NCBI GenBank assembly: GCA_035528655.1
Contig: DATKYG010000017.1
Location: 60,367-124,366, forward strand
Length of the DNA stretch: 64,000 bases
Direction: 5' to 3'
Origin: Methyloceanibacter sp.
GTDB taxonomy: Bacteria; Pseudomonadota; Alphaproteobacteria; Rhizobiales; Methyloligellaceae
Shown here: positions 11,555 through 23,212 of the stretch, one piece after another
Position numbering within the stretch: the stretch's first letter is position 1
How the letters are laid out: each line of letters starts with the position of its first letter
Translations under genes and position numbers: made by a program
The notes under the pieces: model-generated
The model's input: the letters and a program-made list of their open reading frames with translations, nothing else
Database searches by the model: none
Told to the model about the DNA's origin: nothing

Positions 11555-12469
11555 ATGGATATGAAGACAAACGAACAATCAGGCGCGGAGAGTTCCTCGA
11601 AGGACGCCTTCGAGGCCAACAAGGACCGTGCGCAAAGCTGGTTCGAGCATTTGCGCGATTCCATGCTGGAGGCGCTCGAGGCCGTGGAGGACGCGGCCGA
11701 AGGCCTGCCCGGCTGCGACGGCAAGGAGGCCGGCCGCTTCACCCGCAAACCCTGGACCCGCGAAGACGGCGGCGGCGGCGTCATGTCGTTGATGTCGGGC
11801 CGCGTGTTCGAGAAGGTCGGCTGCCACACCTCAACGGTGCACGGCGAATTCCCGAAGGAGTTCGCCAAGCAGATCCCCGGCGCCGACGAGGACCCGCGCT
11901 TCTGGGCTTCCGGCATGTCTTTTATCGCCCATCCCACCAATCCCCACGCCCCCACCGGCCACATGAACACCCGCATGGTGGTGACGTCCAAGGGCTGGTT
12001 CGGCGGCGGCGGCGACCTCACCCCGGTGCTCAACCGCCGACGCACCCAGGACGATCCGGACGCGCAAGCCTTCCATGCCGCCATGAAGGCCACTTGCGCG
12101 GGCCAGCCTTCCGCCGACTACGACCGCTTCAAAATCTGGTGCGACGAGTATTTCTTCCTGCCCCACCGCAACGAGCCGCGCGGCATCGGCGGCATCTTCT
12201 ACGACTATCTCGATACGGGAGACTGGGAGGCCGACTTCGCTTTCACCCAAGAAGTCGGCAAGGCCTTCGTCGGGACCTATCCGGAGCTTGTCCGCCGCAA
12301 TATCGCGACCCCCTGGACCGACGAAGACCGGCAGGAGCAGCTCATCCGCCGCGGCCGCTATGTGGAGTACAACCTGCTCTACGACCGGGGCACGCTGTTC
12401 GGCCTGAAAACCGGCGGCAATGTCGAGGCAATCCTCTCCTCCATGCCGCCTTTGGTGATGTTTCCTTAA
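11555..12469 (+). CDS. hemF: Oxygen-dependent coproporphyrinogen III oxidase
   Basis: [39 protein letters not shown]. Confidence 0.97.
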   Translation: MDMKTNEQSGAESSSKDAFEANKDRAQSWFEHLRDSMLEALEAVEDAAEGLPGCDGKEAGRFTRKPWTREDGGGGVMSLMSGRVFEKVGCHTSTVHGEFPKEFAKQIPGADEDPRFWASGMSFIAHPTNPHAPTGHMNTRMVVTSKGWFGGGGDLTPVLNRRRTQDDPDAQAFHAAMKATCAGQPSADYDRFKIWCDEYFFLPHRNEPRGIGGIFYDYLDTGDWEADFAFTQEVGKAFVGTYPELVRRNIATPWTDEDRQEQLIRRGRYVEYNLLYDRGTLFGLKTGGNVEAILSSMPPLVMFP

Positions 12470-12474
12470 ACCCC

Positions 12475-12636
12475 CTACCCCCGCACGCCGGCATACATCA
12501 TGGGCGGGGTCGCGGTGGCGGTGGTTTGCAGCGACACGGCGCCGGTGCGGCTGTCGAGGCTGGGCGCGTCATAGGCCAGGCGGGCTATGAGGATGGCCAG
12601 GGCCGTCAGCAGCAAAACCATCACGATCTTCCACAT
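12475..12636 (-). CDS. Unannotated 53-aa small protein with N-terminal TM helix
   Basis: GAAGGGAG SD, ATG 12636, MWKIVMVLLLTALAILIARLAYDAPSLDSRTG..., TAG 12475-12477; below the ORF-track cutoff. Confidence 0.6.
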   Translation of the reverse strand: MWKIVMVLLLTALAILIARLAYDAPSLDSRTGAVSLQTTATATPPMMYAGVRG

Positions 12637-12980
12637 TTTCCGTCTCCCTTCGCTCGGTACAGACGCGCGTTCCGCGCGTCCTGATGCCTGGTTTAGGGAG
12701 TGGCGGCTGAACCGTGCCTGAGGCAGCCGTTCATCTGCCGTTTAGGTTGGGCTTGAGGGGGAGAGTTCACGCTTGCCAAGGCCCTGGCCTTCCCCCATTC
12801 TTCTTGCCACCGGGCGCCCAAGGCTTTGGGCGCGGACTTGGACGACGGCAAAGTGCATATCGCGGCTCTACAGCACGACGACCTTTCCCTGACATCTCAA
12901 GACGACGAGGATACCTCCGCGCGCGGAGTGTGGCCTGCGGCCCGTTATGTGAAACTTGAAACGGGAAAGGATTCCCTCAA

Positions 12981-13196
12981 ATGTCACGTGTGAACGGCAC
13001 TGTGAAATTCTTCAATCATTCTCGTGGGTTCGGCTTCATCCAGCCGGACGACGGCGGCAAGGACGTGTTCGTCCATGCCTCCGCGCTTGAGCGCTCCGGC
13101 GTTCCCGCCCTGAACGAGGGCGACAAGGTCTCCTTCGAGATCGAGGACGACCGCCGCGGCCGTGGCAAGCAGGCCGCCAACGTGCAGCTCGGGTAA
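12981..13196 (+). CDS. cspA: Cold-shock protein
   Basis: GTVKFFN, RGFGFI (RNP1), DVFVH (RNP2). Confidence 0.95.
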   Translation: MSRVNGTVKFFNHSRGFGFIQPDDGGKDVFVHASALERSGVPALNEGDKVSFEIEDDRRGRGKQAANVQLG

Positions 13197-13222
13197 ATCC
13201 GCGCCTCAAACACCGACTTTCG

Positions 13223-13256
13223 AAGCCGCCGGGCGCCCGCGTCCGGCGGCTTTTTT
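13223..13256 (+). terminator. Rho-independent terminator after cspA
   Basis: AAGCCGCCGG...CCGGCGGCTT hairpin followed by T run. Confidence 0.85.
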
Positions 13257-13436
13257 ATGCGCCGATTTCTGCGCTGAAAAATTTCACGAAAGCGTCAAAA
13301 TCCGTTCAGACCTGGTTCATCTTAACGGCCCTAAATTGCCGTAAAGCGGGGGGACAACGCATTCACCCTATCCCTGGGACACCCTCCACCCGCGAGCACG
13401 ATTTTTGCGGGGATTTCGGCTTAAGGAACGCGAGAC

Positions 13437-13847
13437 ATGGGCAAGACTACCTTAACAGCACTGGTTGCTGCTGCGCTGGTCGGACTGAGCGTCCTGACCA
13501 TGGCCGCCCCGGCTGAAGCCGGCCGCGGCTACGGCCATCACGGCGGTGGCGGCGGCCGTTACGTTCAGAACAACTACTACCGCGGTGGCGGTGGTGGTAA
13601 CGCGCTCGGCGCCGGCCTGATCGGCTTCGGCGTCGGCGCCATCGTCGGCAGCGCGCTGACGCCACGCGAGGTCTATGTGGCTCCGCCGCCTCCGCCGCCG
13701 GCGCGGGCCTATTACGCCCCGGCCGCCTACGGGCCGACGCCCTGGTCGCCGGACTGGTACAGCTACTGCTATTCGCGCTATCGGAGCTTCAACCCGAATA
13801 CCGGCACGTTCATCGGCTACGACGGCTACGAGCGTTTCTGCCGCTAG
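13437..13847 (+). CDS. BA14K-family secreted protein
   Basis: Signal peptide, Gly/Pro-rich middle, C-terminal YCYSRYRSFNPNTGTFIGYDG..C. Confidence 0.92.
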   Translation: MGKTTLTALVAAALVGLSVLTMAAPAEAGRGYGHHGGGGGRYVQNNYYRGGGGGNALGAGLIGFGVGAIVGSALTPREVYVAPPPPPPARAYYAPAAYGPTPWSPDWYSYCYSRYRSFNPNTGTFIGYDGYERFCR

Positions 13848-13870
13848 AGAGCCGAGAGACGACCTAGAGT

Positions 13871-13912
13871 GGCCTGCCAGACTGGCCTAACCGGTCTGGC
13901 GGGCCCCTTTTT
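13871..13912 (+). terminator. Terminator between the BA14K gene and convergent asnB
   Basis: GGCCTGCCAGACTGG...CCGGTCTGGCGGGCC stem then TTTTT. Confidence 0.7.
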
Positions 13913-13941
13913 GACGGGTAATTTTCCGGTGCAGGGGGAAC

Positions 13942-15948
13942 CTAGCTGTCTGCGCGGGACAATTCGAACGTGGACTTTCCCGCAAGAACTCTGTGCTCAG
14001 CTGAGTACGGCAAATCGCAAAGGCCGCCGCCGAGATGCAGGTGATGCCAGAGCTGAGTAGCCACCACGCCGCCCAACCCCAAGCTCGCGAAGGTGCCGAG
14101 CTTGCCGCCTTCGCCCCTCGCAAGCAGCTCGCAGTCTCGCCGCACGCGTTCCACGTCGAAATAGCCTGTCCGTGCCAAGGACTCTGGGCTAATCAGATCG
14201 CGCACGAAACTGGGCGGGCTCGACAGGAACGTCTCGGCCAGCGGTGCCCTGAACATGGCTTTGCGCCGCTGCGCCACCGCCTCTGGCAGCAGACGCGCAG
14301 CCGCCTGCCGCAACAAATATTTGTCCTTCAGCCCACGCCGGAGCTTGAAGCGTGGATGGATGCGCGCAGCGAAGGAGATCACCTCCTCGTCGAGGAATGG
14401 GTAGCGCGTCTCAACGCTGTTCGCCATGGCGACGCGGTCACCTTTTTGGCTCAGCAGAAGGCCGGGGAGGTGCACCTTGTAACCGAGATACAGCGAGCGG
14501 TTCAGCGGGTGCCAGCGGCGCAAGCGGTCGAGGTCGAGCGCTAAGTCCTGATATGAGACGAATGAGCCAAGCATCTCTTTGAGGTCTTGGCTGTAATAGA
14601 GGCCACGCGACGTCGCCACGAGATTGTACATCACCGACTGGGCGTGAGGCCCAGCGATAAGGCTATCGATGCGAGCGAAATCGCCGAAGCTCAAATTCGG
14701 CGCCGCCCATTTCCGCGCGACCCTGCTGATTCCCGTGCTCGGGCGAAAGCTGTCGCCGATATCGAGGGTGCGCACAATCCCCCTCATCTTGAACCAGACA
14801 TACCCTGCGAAACCCTCATCCGCGCCCTCGCCGGTCAACACCGCCTTGAAGCCCTGACCATGCACCTCCTGCGACAGAGCCAACAGCGCAGCGCAAGAGG
14901 TATCGAGTACCGGGCTCTCAGCCGCGCGAATCAGCTCCGCATATCTGTCGGCGATGAAATCGGGTCCGGCTTCCACCACCGTGGCGACGCCCCCGATATG
15001 GCGTGCCGCCTCGGCTGCGTTCTCCTCCTCGTCGAGCGCTGGGTCAGGCACCTTGACCGTGAAGCTCGGGAGCGGCCGGCCACTCACCTTCGCGGCCATG
15101 GCGAGCACATAGGCCGAATCGACGCCGCCGCTGAGATAGCCGGCCACTGGCACGTCGGCCCTGAGCCTGACCTCGACCGCCCTTTGGAATTTCGCCTCGA
15201 ACTCGTCGATCAGAAGGGATTCGTCGGCGGGATCGTCCTCGTCGCCCCAATTAGGAAAATCGAGATCCCAATAACGCCGTTCGGCGACCTCAGCTGCCTT
15301 GCCGTCGCTCCGGAAGGCGATGCGAAGATAGTGCCCCGGCAAGATCGATTGCACGCCTTCGAACATGGTGCGGCGTGAGCTCAACGCAAAAAAAGTGAAC
15401 AAATGGTCGAGCCCTTTGACATCCGCCACGGGCGAGACCGCGCCGGAGGCTATGAGCGCCTTGATCTCAGAGCCGAAATAGACGGCGTTCCCTTGCTGCG
15501 ACCAGAACAGCGGGCAGATGCCAACCCGATCCCGCGCGAGCAGCACGAGCTTCCTGGTAAAGTCGATAAGCACGAGGGCGAATTGACCCTTCAAATGCTC
15601 GAACAGATTCTCGCCGTGCTCCTCATAGAGATGCACGATCAGCTCGCTATCACTGTCGGTTCGGAACACATGACCCCGGGCCTGTAGCTCAGCCTTTCGC
15701 TCCGTGTAATCGAACAACTCGCCATTGCAGAGGACCGCGATGGTGCGGTCCTCGTTGAAGATGGGCTGCTGACCGTTCGCCACTCCGACGATGCTGAGAC
15801 GCCGATGGGAGACCCCAATTCCCGGCGCGAAGAGGGTGCCGGAATCATCCGGGCCGCGATGGAACAGCACCGCGCCCATGCGCGCGACCAAGGCCCGATC
15901 GGGTTCTCGTCGACCGGTAAGGTCGATCACACCTGCCAAGCCGCACAT
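13942..15948 (-). CDS. asnB: Asparagine synthase (glutamine-hydrolysing)-family amidotransferase
   Basis: N-terminal MCG, HRGPD, NGE, LSGGVDS, TGEGADE, ETRYPFLD. Confidence 0.92.
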   Translation of the reverse strand: MCGLAGVIDLTGRREPDRALVARMGAVLFHRGPDDSGTLFAPGIGVSHRRLSIVGVANGQQPIFNEDRTIAVLCNGELFDYTERKAELQARGHVFRTDSDSELIVHLYEEHGENLFEHLKGQFALVLIDFTRKLVLLARDRVGICPLFWSQQGNAVYFGSEIKALIASGAVSPVADVKGLDHLFTFFALSSRRTMFEGVQSILPGHYLRIAFRSDGKAAEVAERRYWDLDFPNWGDEDDPADESLLIDEFEAKFQRAVEVRLRADVPVAGYLSGGVDSAYVLAMAAKVSGRPLPSFTVKVPDPALDEEENAAEAARHIGGVATVVEAGPDFIADRYAELIRAAESPVLDTSCAALLALSQEVHGQGFKAVLTGEGADEGFAGYVWFKMRGIVRTLDIGDSFRPSTGISRVARKWAAPNLSFGDFARIDSLIAGPHAQSVMYNLVATSRGLYYSQDLKEMLGSFVSYQDLALDLDRLRRWHPLNRSLYLGYKVHLPGLLLSQKGDRVAMANSVETRYPFLDEEVISFAARIHPRFKLRRGLKDKYLLRQAAARLLPEAVAQRRKAMFRAPLAETFLSSPPSFVRDLISPESLARTGYFDVERVRRDCELLARGEGGKLGTFASLGLGGVVATQLWHHLHLGGGLCDLPYSAEHRVLAGKSTFELSRADS

Positions 15949-16138
15949 ATTGCCTCGCTAGAAATTCACTAGGAATAGGGGTGGGCGCCCGATTTATATG
16001 ACCGTAGGGGCCCCGAACTTAAGGCTTCTTAGGGAGCCAACGATCTCCGCTTGCCGCACCGAATGGGACAAGGTGACATCGCCACTACGAGCCGACGATA
16101 AACCCTAGTCCCATTTCCACCACCCTCGTCGTGCGCCA

Positions 16139-16211
16139 TGCTCGGGCGAAAGGTGTTGCCGAAATCGAGCACGGGCGCAAGTTTCATGATCTCGAACCAG
16201 ACATAGCCCTG
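16139..16211 (-). pseudogene. Isolated remnant of a second asnB-like gene
   Basis: 16139-16205 aligns ungapped to asnB 14736-14802 (52/67 nt by hand count); GYVWFEIMKLAPVLDFGNTFRPS vs GYVWFKMRGIVRTLDIGDSFRPS. Confidence 0.75.
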
Positions 16212-16454
16212 GCCGGCTTTCCCCGGATGACGCGCAGATTTGCTGCGACGCTTGCCGATGGATCGCAGCCGACTATCAGCGGCTGAATAGCGCTCAGCCC
16301 ATCGCACAGACGACGCTTCAGGCGTGGCGGGCGACCCGAACGAATCCCCACGTCGTCTCCACCGAAAAGAGAGGGACAAGTCGCCGCATGGCCGAACCAC
16401 CAGTTCGTTCGCCCCCCACTGGACATTGCCATCCAATTTGGCTACCGAAAAAGA

Positions 16455-17513
16455 ATGGCTACTTGGCGAAATCTCAAGCCCTCAGAATTGACACGCCCGA
16501 CCAAATGCCCGGCTCTCCCGCGAGTCGTGGAAGCAGACGGGCAGCAATCTCTGGCGGATCTCCGCGCCTTTGTGACCGCCGAACGCGCGCCACTTCGGGA
16601 TGAAATGATGAAGCGCGGCGGCTTTCTCCTGCGCGGGTTTGAGGTGAACGACCCGGACAGCTTCGCGGACATCATCGGGGCACTCGGTTACCAGCCCGAG
16701 GCGGAGAACCCGTTCGAAACCAGCCCGCGAAGCAAGGTAGCCGAAAGCGTATACACCTCGACCGACACCCCCGACGCATACCCAATCCTCGCCCACAATG
16801 AGAACAGCTTCCTAAACGAACGACCCCGCATGATTTCGTTCTTTTGTTTGGTCGAACCCGTGCGCCATGGCGAAACGCCGCTGTTTGACTCGCGCGCGGC
16901 GGCGAGCACCCTCGACCCCAACGTTCGGGCGAAACTGCAGGAAAAGAAGGTCTGTTATCGGCGACGTTTTCCGAAAAAGCGCCCGGGCTGGGCGCCGATA
17001 ATAAACCGGACATGGGACGAGGCTTTCGGAACCTCCGACCGCGATGAGATCGAGGCCATGGTGACGGCGCAGGGAATGGTCTGTCAGTGGCATCCGGACG
17101 GGCGCATCCTACACACTGAAAACGTCGTCGATCCGCTGCCCCGTCATCCTGAAACGAGTGAACAGTGCCTCAACCTTCAGGCCTTTCACCGGACCAGTAT
17201 CCTTAAGGATCTCGACGAAGTCAGACCGCGCCAGAATGGGCTCCATAACGCCTCTCTAAAAATGGGCCTCAGGTTGCTTTACGCCCTCGACGTTATGCCG
17301 GTCCAAATTCTTTACGGCGACGGAACGCCCATTTCCCCCGATGAGATGATCGAAATCCGCCGCACCACATGGGATCACTCGGTTCTATTCCGGTGGAAAA
17401 AAGGCGATGTTCTCGTGCTCGACAACATCCTGACGGGGCACGGCCGGATGAACGTCGAAGGTCCGCGCAAGATTCTTGCCTCTTTCGCCGATCCGGTTAC
17501 ATTTCCGGTGTAA
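16455..17513 (+). CDS. TauD/TfdA-family Fe(II)/2-oxoglutarate dioxygenase (SyrP/DdaC-like)
   Basis: GFLLRGF, HNE Fe ligands, GETP, W..GDVLVLDN..TGHGR. Confidence 0.9.
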   Translation: MATWRNLKPSELTRPTKCPALPRVVEADGQQSLADLRAFVTAERAPLRDEMMKRGGFLLRGFEVNDPDSFADIIGALGYQPEAENPFETSPRSKVAESVYTSTDTPDAYPILAHNENSFLNERPRMISFFCLVEPVRHGETPLFDSRAAASTLDPNVRAKLQEKKVCYRRRFPKKRPGWAPIINRTWDEAFGTSDRDEIEAMVTAQGMVCQWHPDGRILHTENVVDPLPRHPETSEQCLNLQAFHRTSILKDLDEVRPRQNGLHNASLKMGLRLLYALDVMPVQILYGDGTPISPDEMIEIRRTTWDHSVLFRWKKGDVLVLDNILTGHGRMNVEGPRKILASFADPVTFPV

Positions 17514-17570
17514 GGACCGAGAAGGAGAGCCTCTCCGGCATCACGATTGTTTCAGCCTTCGGACACGGGC

Positions 17571-18575
17571 ATGCGGAGCAACGTCTCGACTGGCGAGTTG
17601 AAGGTCATGAGCAAGATGACCAATGCGTTGACGACCGCCGAACCTCCCATCATCGAAACCTCCCGCGATCAGCCCAATGCCGCCGCCGACCGGCAGGCGC
17701 TCACGCTGATCAGGCCCTATCAGGGCATGGTGGCGTGGCCGACCGTGTTCCTGGCCATTGCGATCATCGGCTCCTTCGCCGCTGTCTGCACCCTCGGCAC
17801 AATGGGTATCATCCCGCTCTGGCTCGCGCTGATCCTCAACACGCTGATCCTCTATGCCGACCAGACGCCGTTGCATGAGGCCTGTCACGGCAATATCGCC
17901 GGGCGCGATTCAAAGTGGCTGTGGCTGAACCATCTCGTCGGCTATGCCTGCGGCACCATCCTGCTGCACGAGTACAAAGCCTTCCACTACATGCATCTCG
18001 CTCATCACCGGGACACCAACAATCCGGATCTCGATCCCGATCACTGGGTGGCAGTGAAGAACCCGTTCCTGGTGGTGTGGCGCTGCCTCACCATCGTGTT
18101 CTGGTACCACGACTATTTCTGGAAAAACATCGCCTTCAAACCCCACGTTCCGGGCATGCTGCCGCTCGCCATCCACATTATAGTCGCGCACATGATCTAC
18201 TACGGGATCGCGATCGCGCTATCTGTGATGGGCTATTGGCACGAAGTGCTGATGCTGTGGATCTTCCCCCACATCCTCGCCTCGGCGCTCATCATCTATT
18301 TCTTCGCTTACCTCACTCATAAGCCGCATGAGGTGCATGAGCGCTATCGCGACACCAACGTGTTCTGGTTTAGGGGCAAGCTCATCGAGCCGTTGGTAAA
18401 CTCGCTTTACATGTTCCAGAACTTTCACCTGATCCATCATCTCTTTCCGCGCATCCCGTTCTACCTCTACGGCAATGCCTTCCGGAAACTGAAGCCCGTG
18501 CTCGATAAGGAGCATGCTCACATCTACGAGTACGACTTCGGGCCGCACCGCAAAACCGAAGCGCAGTCGTCCTAA
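17571..18575 (+). CDS. Membrane fatty-acid desaturase/hydroxylase family protein
   Basis: His boxes HEACH, HLAHH, HLIHH plus TM helices; start uncertain (17547-17616). Confidence 0.9.
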   Translation: MRSNVSTGELKVMSKMTNALTTAEPPIIETSRDQPNAAADRQALTLIRPYQGMVAWPTVFLAIAIIGSFAAVCTLGTMGIIPLWLALILNTLILYADQTPLHEACHGNIAGRDSKWLWLNHLVGYACGTILLHEYKAFHYMHLAHHRDTNNPDLDPDHWVAVKNPFLVVWRCLTIVFWYHDYFWKNIAFKPHVPGMLPLAIHIIVAHMIYYGIAIALSVMGYWHEVLMLWIFPHILASALIIYFFAYLTHKPHEVHERYRDTNVFWFRGKLIEPLVNSLYMFQNFHLIHHLFPRIPFYLYGNAFRKLKPVLDKEHAHIYEYDFGPHRKTEAQSS

Positions 18576-18642
18576 GCGCGGCTATGCCGGCGCTGAGCGT
18601 CTCTGCTGGAGTCCGGCCACCGCCGGAAGGACGGGCTGCCCG

Positions 18643-19131
18643 CTAGCTGCCCTGCTCGAATGTGAGATCGGCGGGCGAGATCAGCACCGAGAATTGCTGG
18701 CACCAGATCACCACGGACGGAAACTTGGCGAGGTCGACGCCGGCGGGAATCGCGTAGTTCTGGCTGCCCTTGAAGGCGCGCAAGCGGCCGAGATCCACAT
18801 ACATCGTGTCGGTGACGTCGCTCGATGAGCGGATGTCAGCCTTCGGCACCAGGTAGACGTGGAAATCGGGGCCCGGTCCGACCTCGAAATCTTCGCCCAG
18901 GAACACGGTGCGCGGATAGACGCTGACCGCCCCCTTGCCGTAATTGACCGGATCGTTCGGATTAGGCTGGATGAAGGCGCCCTTGGCGAGAAGCTTGCCG
19001 CTCTCCGACCGGCTCAGCGTTTCCATCGCCTCCGGCGGCGGGAAGATATAGGGGAACAGGAAGATGCCGAGCGCCAACCCGAACAGGGTCCCGAGCAAAC
19101 CGCCAACCAAGAATCCCCTGATCCACCGCAT
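18643..19131 (-). CDS. DM13-domain protein
   Basis: N-terminal TM, GPDFHVYL, DLGRL..FKGSQNY, VVIWC. Confidence 0.9.
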   Translation of the reverse strand: MRWIRGFLVGGLLGTLFGLALGIFLFPYIFPPPEAMETLSRSESGKLLAKGAFIQPNPNDPVNYGKGAVSVYPRTVFLGEDFEVGPGPDFHVYLVPKADIRSSSDVTDTMYVDLGRLRAFKGSQNYAIPAGVDLAKFPSVVIWCQQFSVLISPADLTFEQGS

Positions 19132-19207
19132 GTCACGCCTCCCGAAAGCCCCACGAAGAGCTTAGGAGCTTGCCATGGCAGCGCTGTGATGGCGAGCGTT
19201 CGCGGCT

Positions 19208-19489
19208 TCAATGCAGGAGAAGCTCGCCGTCCACGAAGCTGAATTCTCTCGGCGAGATGAGCTTCTGATGGGCCACACGCACCCGGTAGAGCGGCCCGTC
19301 GAGATTGGCGTGCCAGAAGTCCAAGAAGTCGGTCAGCTTGGGAAAGCGCGGCGCCAAGTCGTAGTCCTGCCAGACATAGCTCTGCAGAAGCTTCTTATGG
19401 TCGGGCAGGCGATAGAGAATTTCGGCGGTGGTAAGCGAAAACCCCTCGATCTGGCGAACGAAGCCAGGATCCAAATCCCCTGGTGACAT
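19208..19489 (-). CDS. usg: Usg-family protein
   Basis: LTTAEILYRLPDH..LLQSYVWQDYDLAP.FP; divergent from groES. Confidence 0.92.
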   Translation of the reverse strand: MSPGDLDPGFVRQIEGFSLTTAEILYRLPDHKKLLQSYVWQDYDLAPRFPKLTDFLDFWHANLDGPLYRVRVAHQKLISPREFSFVDGELLLH

Positions 19490-19586
19490 GGCTTTGAGTC
19501 CCCTCGTGATCAGCCTTTTTGGTTTTATCAATGCTAATGGCCGTCACCCCTGGCGTCTATAGATTTTATACAGTGAAATCAGTATG

Positions 19587-19647
19587 TTGGCAGCAGACCA
19601 CACAGGCTGCTAACGAAATCCTGGCACTCTCGCCTTGAAAGTGCCAA
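19587..19647. promoter_or_regulatory. CIRCE-like inverted repeats (HrcA operator) overlapping a probable sigma32 promoter
   Basis: CTGGCACTC-N9-AAGTGCCAA (19621-19647) and a weaker TTGGCAGCA-N9-GGCTGCTAA (19587-19613); CTTGAA...CTACAT upstream of groES. Confidence 0.75.
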
Positions 19648-19730
19648 ACGCTAAATCTACATAGCTTTACGGGCGCTCCCAATCCTGGGGGCCACCCAGC
19701 TCATCACAATTTGCCCTAAGGAGACCGAAG

Positions 19731-20054
19731 ATGAAGTTTCGTCCGTTGCATGATCGCGTCGTCGTACGCCGCATCGAGGAGGACGAACGGACCCGTGGCG
19801 GGATCATCATTCCCGATACCGCGAAGGAGAAGCCGCAAGAGGGCGAGATCATCGCCGTGGGCCCCGGCGCCCCCGACGAGAAGGGCCATGTCCAGCCCCT
19901 GGACGTGAAGGCCGGCGACCGCGTGCTGTTCGGCAAATGGTCCGGCACCGAGGTCAAGATCGACGGTGAGGACCTTCTCATCATGAAAGAAAGCGACATT
20001 CTCGGCGTGATCGAAGGCGCCGTCGCGAAGGCCTCGAAGAAGAAAGCCGCGTAA
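19731..20054 (+). CDS. groES: Co-chaperonin GroES
   Basis: [23 protein letters not shown]. Confidence 0.98.
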   Translation: MKFRPLHDRVVVRRIEEDERTRGGIIIPDTAKEKPQEGEIIAVGPGAPDEKGHVQPLDVKAGDRVLFGKWSGTEVKIDGEDLLIMKESDILGVIEGAVAKASKKKAA

Positions 20055-20105
20055 ACAATTTCGTCATCCGGGATGGGCTGTCACAGACAGCGCTCTTGAG
20101 GGTGA

Positions 20106-21830
<1,725 letters not shown>

Positions 21831-21871
21831 GTCCGCTTGCCTAAGCGACTCAAACGACTCAGGTAAATCGA

Positions 21872-21901
21872 GAGCCGCGCCTTCGGGCGCGGCTCATTTT
21901 T
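21872..21901 (+). terminator. Rho-independent terminator after groEL
   Basis: GAGCCGCGCC-TTCG-GGCGCGGCTC followed by ATTTTT. Confidence 0.9.
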
Positions 21902-21925
21902 ATGGGCCGCGCGAGGGTGCTTGCG

Positions 21926-23200
21926 CTAACCAGCCAGGGTCTTGGCCTTGGCCACAAGCGTCTTGGCCTTGGCCAACAGAACCTCCTGTTCCTCGCTAAA
22001 ACCGCTCTCGAGCCAGCCCGCTTCCAGCGCGCGCAAGATCTCGCCGATCACCGGGCCCTCGACCCCGAGCGCCATGATGTCGGCGCCGCGCAGCGGAAAG
22101 GACGGTGCCTGCCACCGCTCCGGCAGCGCGAGCGCGCGGTCCCATTCGGTATCGTCAGCCGCCACGCCGCTTGCCGCCCAGGCCAGCAAGGTCTGCGACG
22201 CGTAGGCATCCGGGCCGAGACGATACAGAAGCCGCTTGGCCGCATCCTCATCCGGCAACGCCATGTCGCAGGTTTCGCTGGCGCCGAGCGCCAGCACGGC
22301 CTGCTCCGCATTCGACAATTTGAATCGTGCCGCGAGCCGCGGCGCATCCTCCGCCACGAACAAGCACAGCGCGGCAAGCCTGAGCGGCGCACTGGGCTCG
22401 CGGCCTTGCGCCGTCTCGATGTCGATCAGCCGCACGAGCCGGCCGGGCCGCGGCGCGCTGCCGAGAATGTCGGCCAAAAGTCCATAGCGGAACAGAGCAT
22501 CGATGCCCGACATAGCCTGGGGTGCTGCGAGGATACGCTTGAGCTCCGCCCAAACCCGTTCGGCCGAGAGCTGCGCCAGGCCGGCACGTGCCCGCACGCA
22601 AGCCGCAAGCCCCTCTTGATCGAGGGGACCGCTGCCGTAAATGGCGTTGAAGCGGAAGAAGCGGAGGATGCGTAAATAATCCTCCTTGATGCGGGCGCGC
22701 GCATCGCCGATGAACCGCACCCGTCGCGCCGCGAAATCCTCATAGCAGCCGAGCGGGTCGTAGAGCGTGCCGTCAGCATCGGCATAGAGCGCGTTCAGCG
22801 TGAAGTCGCGCCGCTTCGCGTCCTCGGTCCAATCTTGCGTGAACGCGACTTTGGCGTGGCGTCCATAGGTCTCCACGTCGCGCCTGAGCGTCGTCACCTC
22901 GAAGGACATGCCGTCGGCGACGACCGTCACCGTGCCGTGCGCGATGCCGGTCGGGATCGCCTTGAGCCCCGCGCCACGGGCGAGCCCCATGACCGTGTCT
23001 GGTGCCGCCGTCGTGGCGAAGTCGACGTCGGTCACGTCGAGGCCAAGCAGCGCATCGCGCACCGCGCCGCCCACCGCCCGCGTCTCGACGCCATCGCCTG
23101 ACAGAGCGGTGAACACGGCGCACGTCTCAGGTCGCTTCAGCCAAGCGGCGTCGCGCAGCGACTTTGGTGCATGCGTGCGCGGGGTATCGTGTTCGGCCAT
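21926..23200 (-). CDS. cca: CCA tRNA nucleotidyltransferase
   Basis: VGGAVRD, DVDFAT, EVTTLR, RRDFTLNA, EDYLRILRFFRF. Confidence 0.93.
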   Translation of the reverse strand: MAEHDTPRTHAPKSLRDAAWLKRPETCAVFTALSGDGVETRAVGGAVRDALLGLDVTDVDFATTAAPDTVMGLARGAGLKAIPTGIAHGTVTVVADGMSFEVTTLRRDVETYGRHAKVAFTQDWTEDAKRRDFTLNALYADADGTLYDPLGCYEDFAARRVRFIGDARARIKEDYLRILRFFRFNAIYGSGPLDQEGLAACVRARAGLAQLSAERVWAELKRILAAPQAMSGIDALFRYGLLADILGSAPRPGRLVRLIDIETAQGREPSAPLRLAALCLFVAEDAPRLAARFKLSNAEQAVLALGASETCDMALPDEDAAKRLLYRLGPDAYASQTLLAWAASGVAADDTEWDRALALPERWQAPSFPLRGADIMALGVEGPVIGEILRALEAGWLESGFSEEQEVLLAKAKTLVAKAKTLAG

Positions 23201-23212
23201 GCCGCCTCCCCG

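Noticed and set aside
16029-16436. 135-aa ORF between asnB and TauD
   Set aside because: Only ~23 codons resemble asnB; the rest is not protein-like
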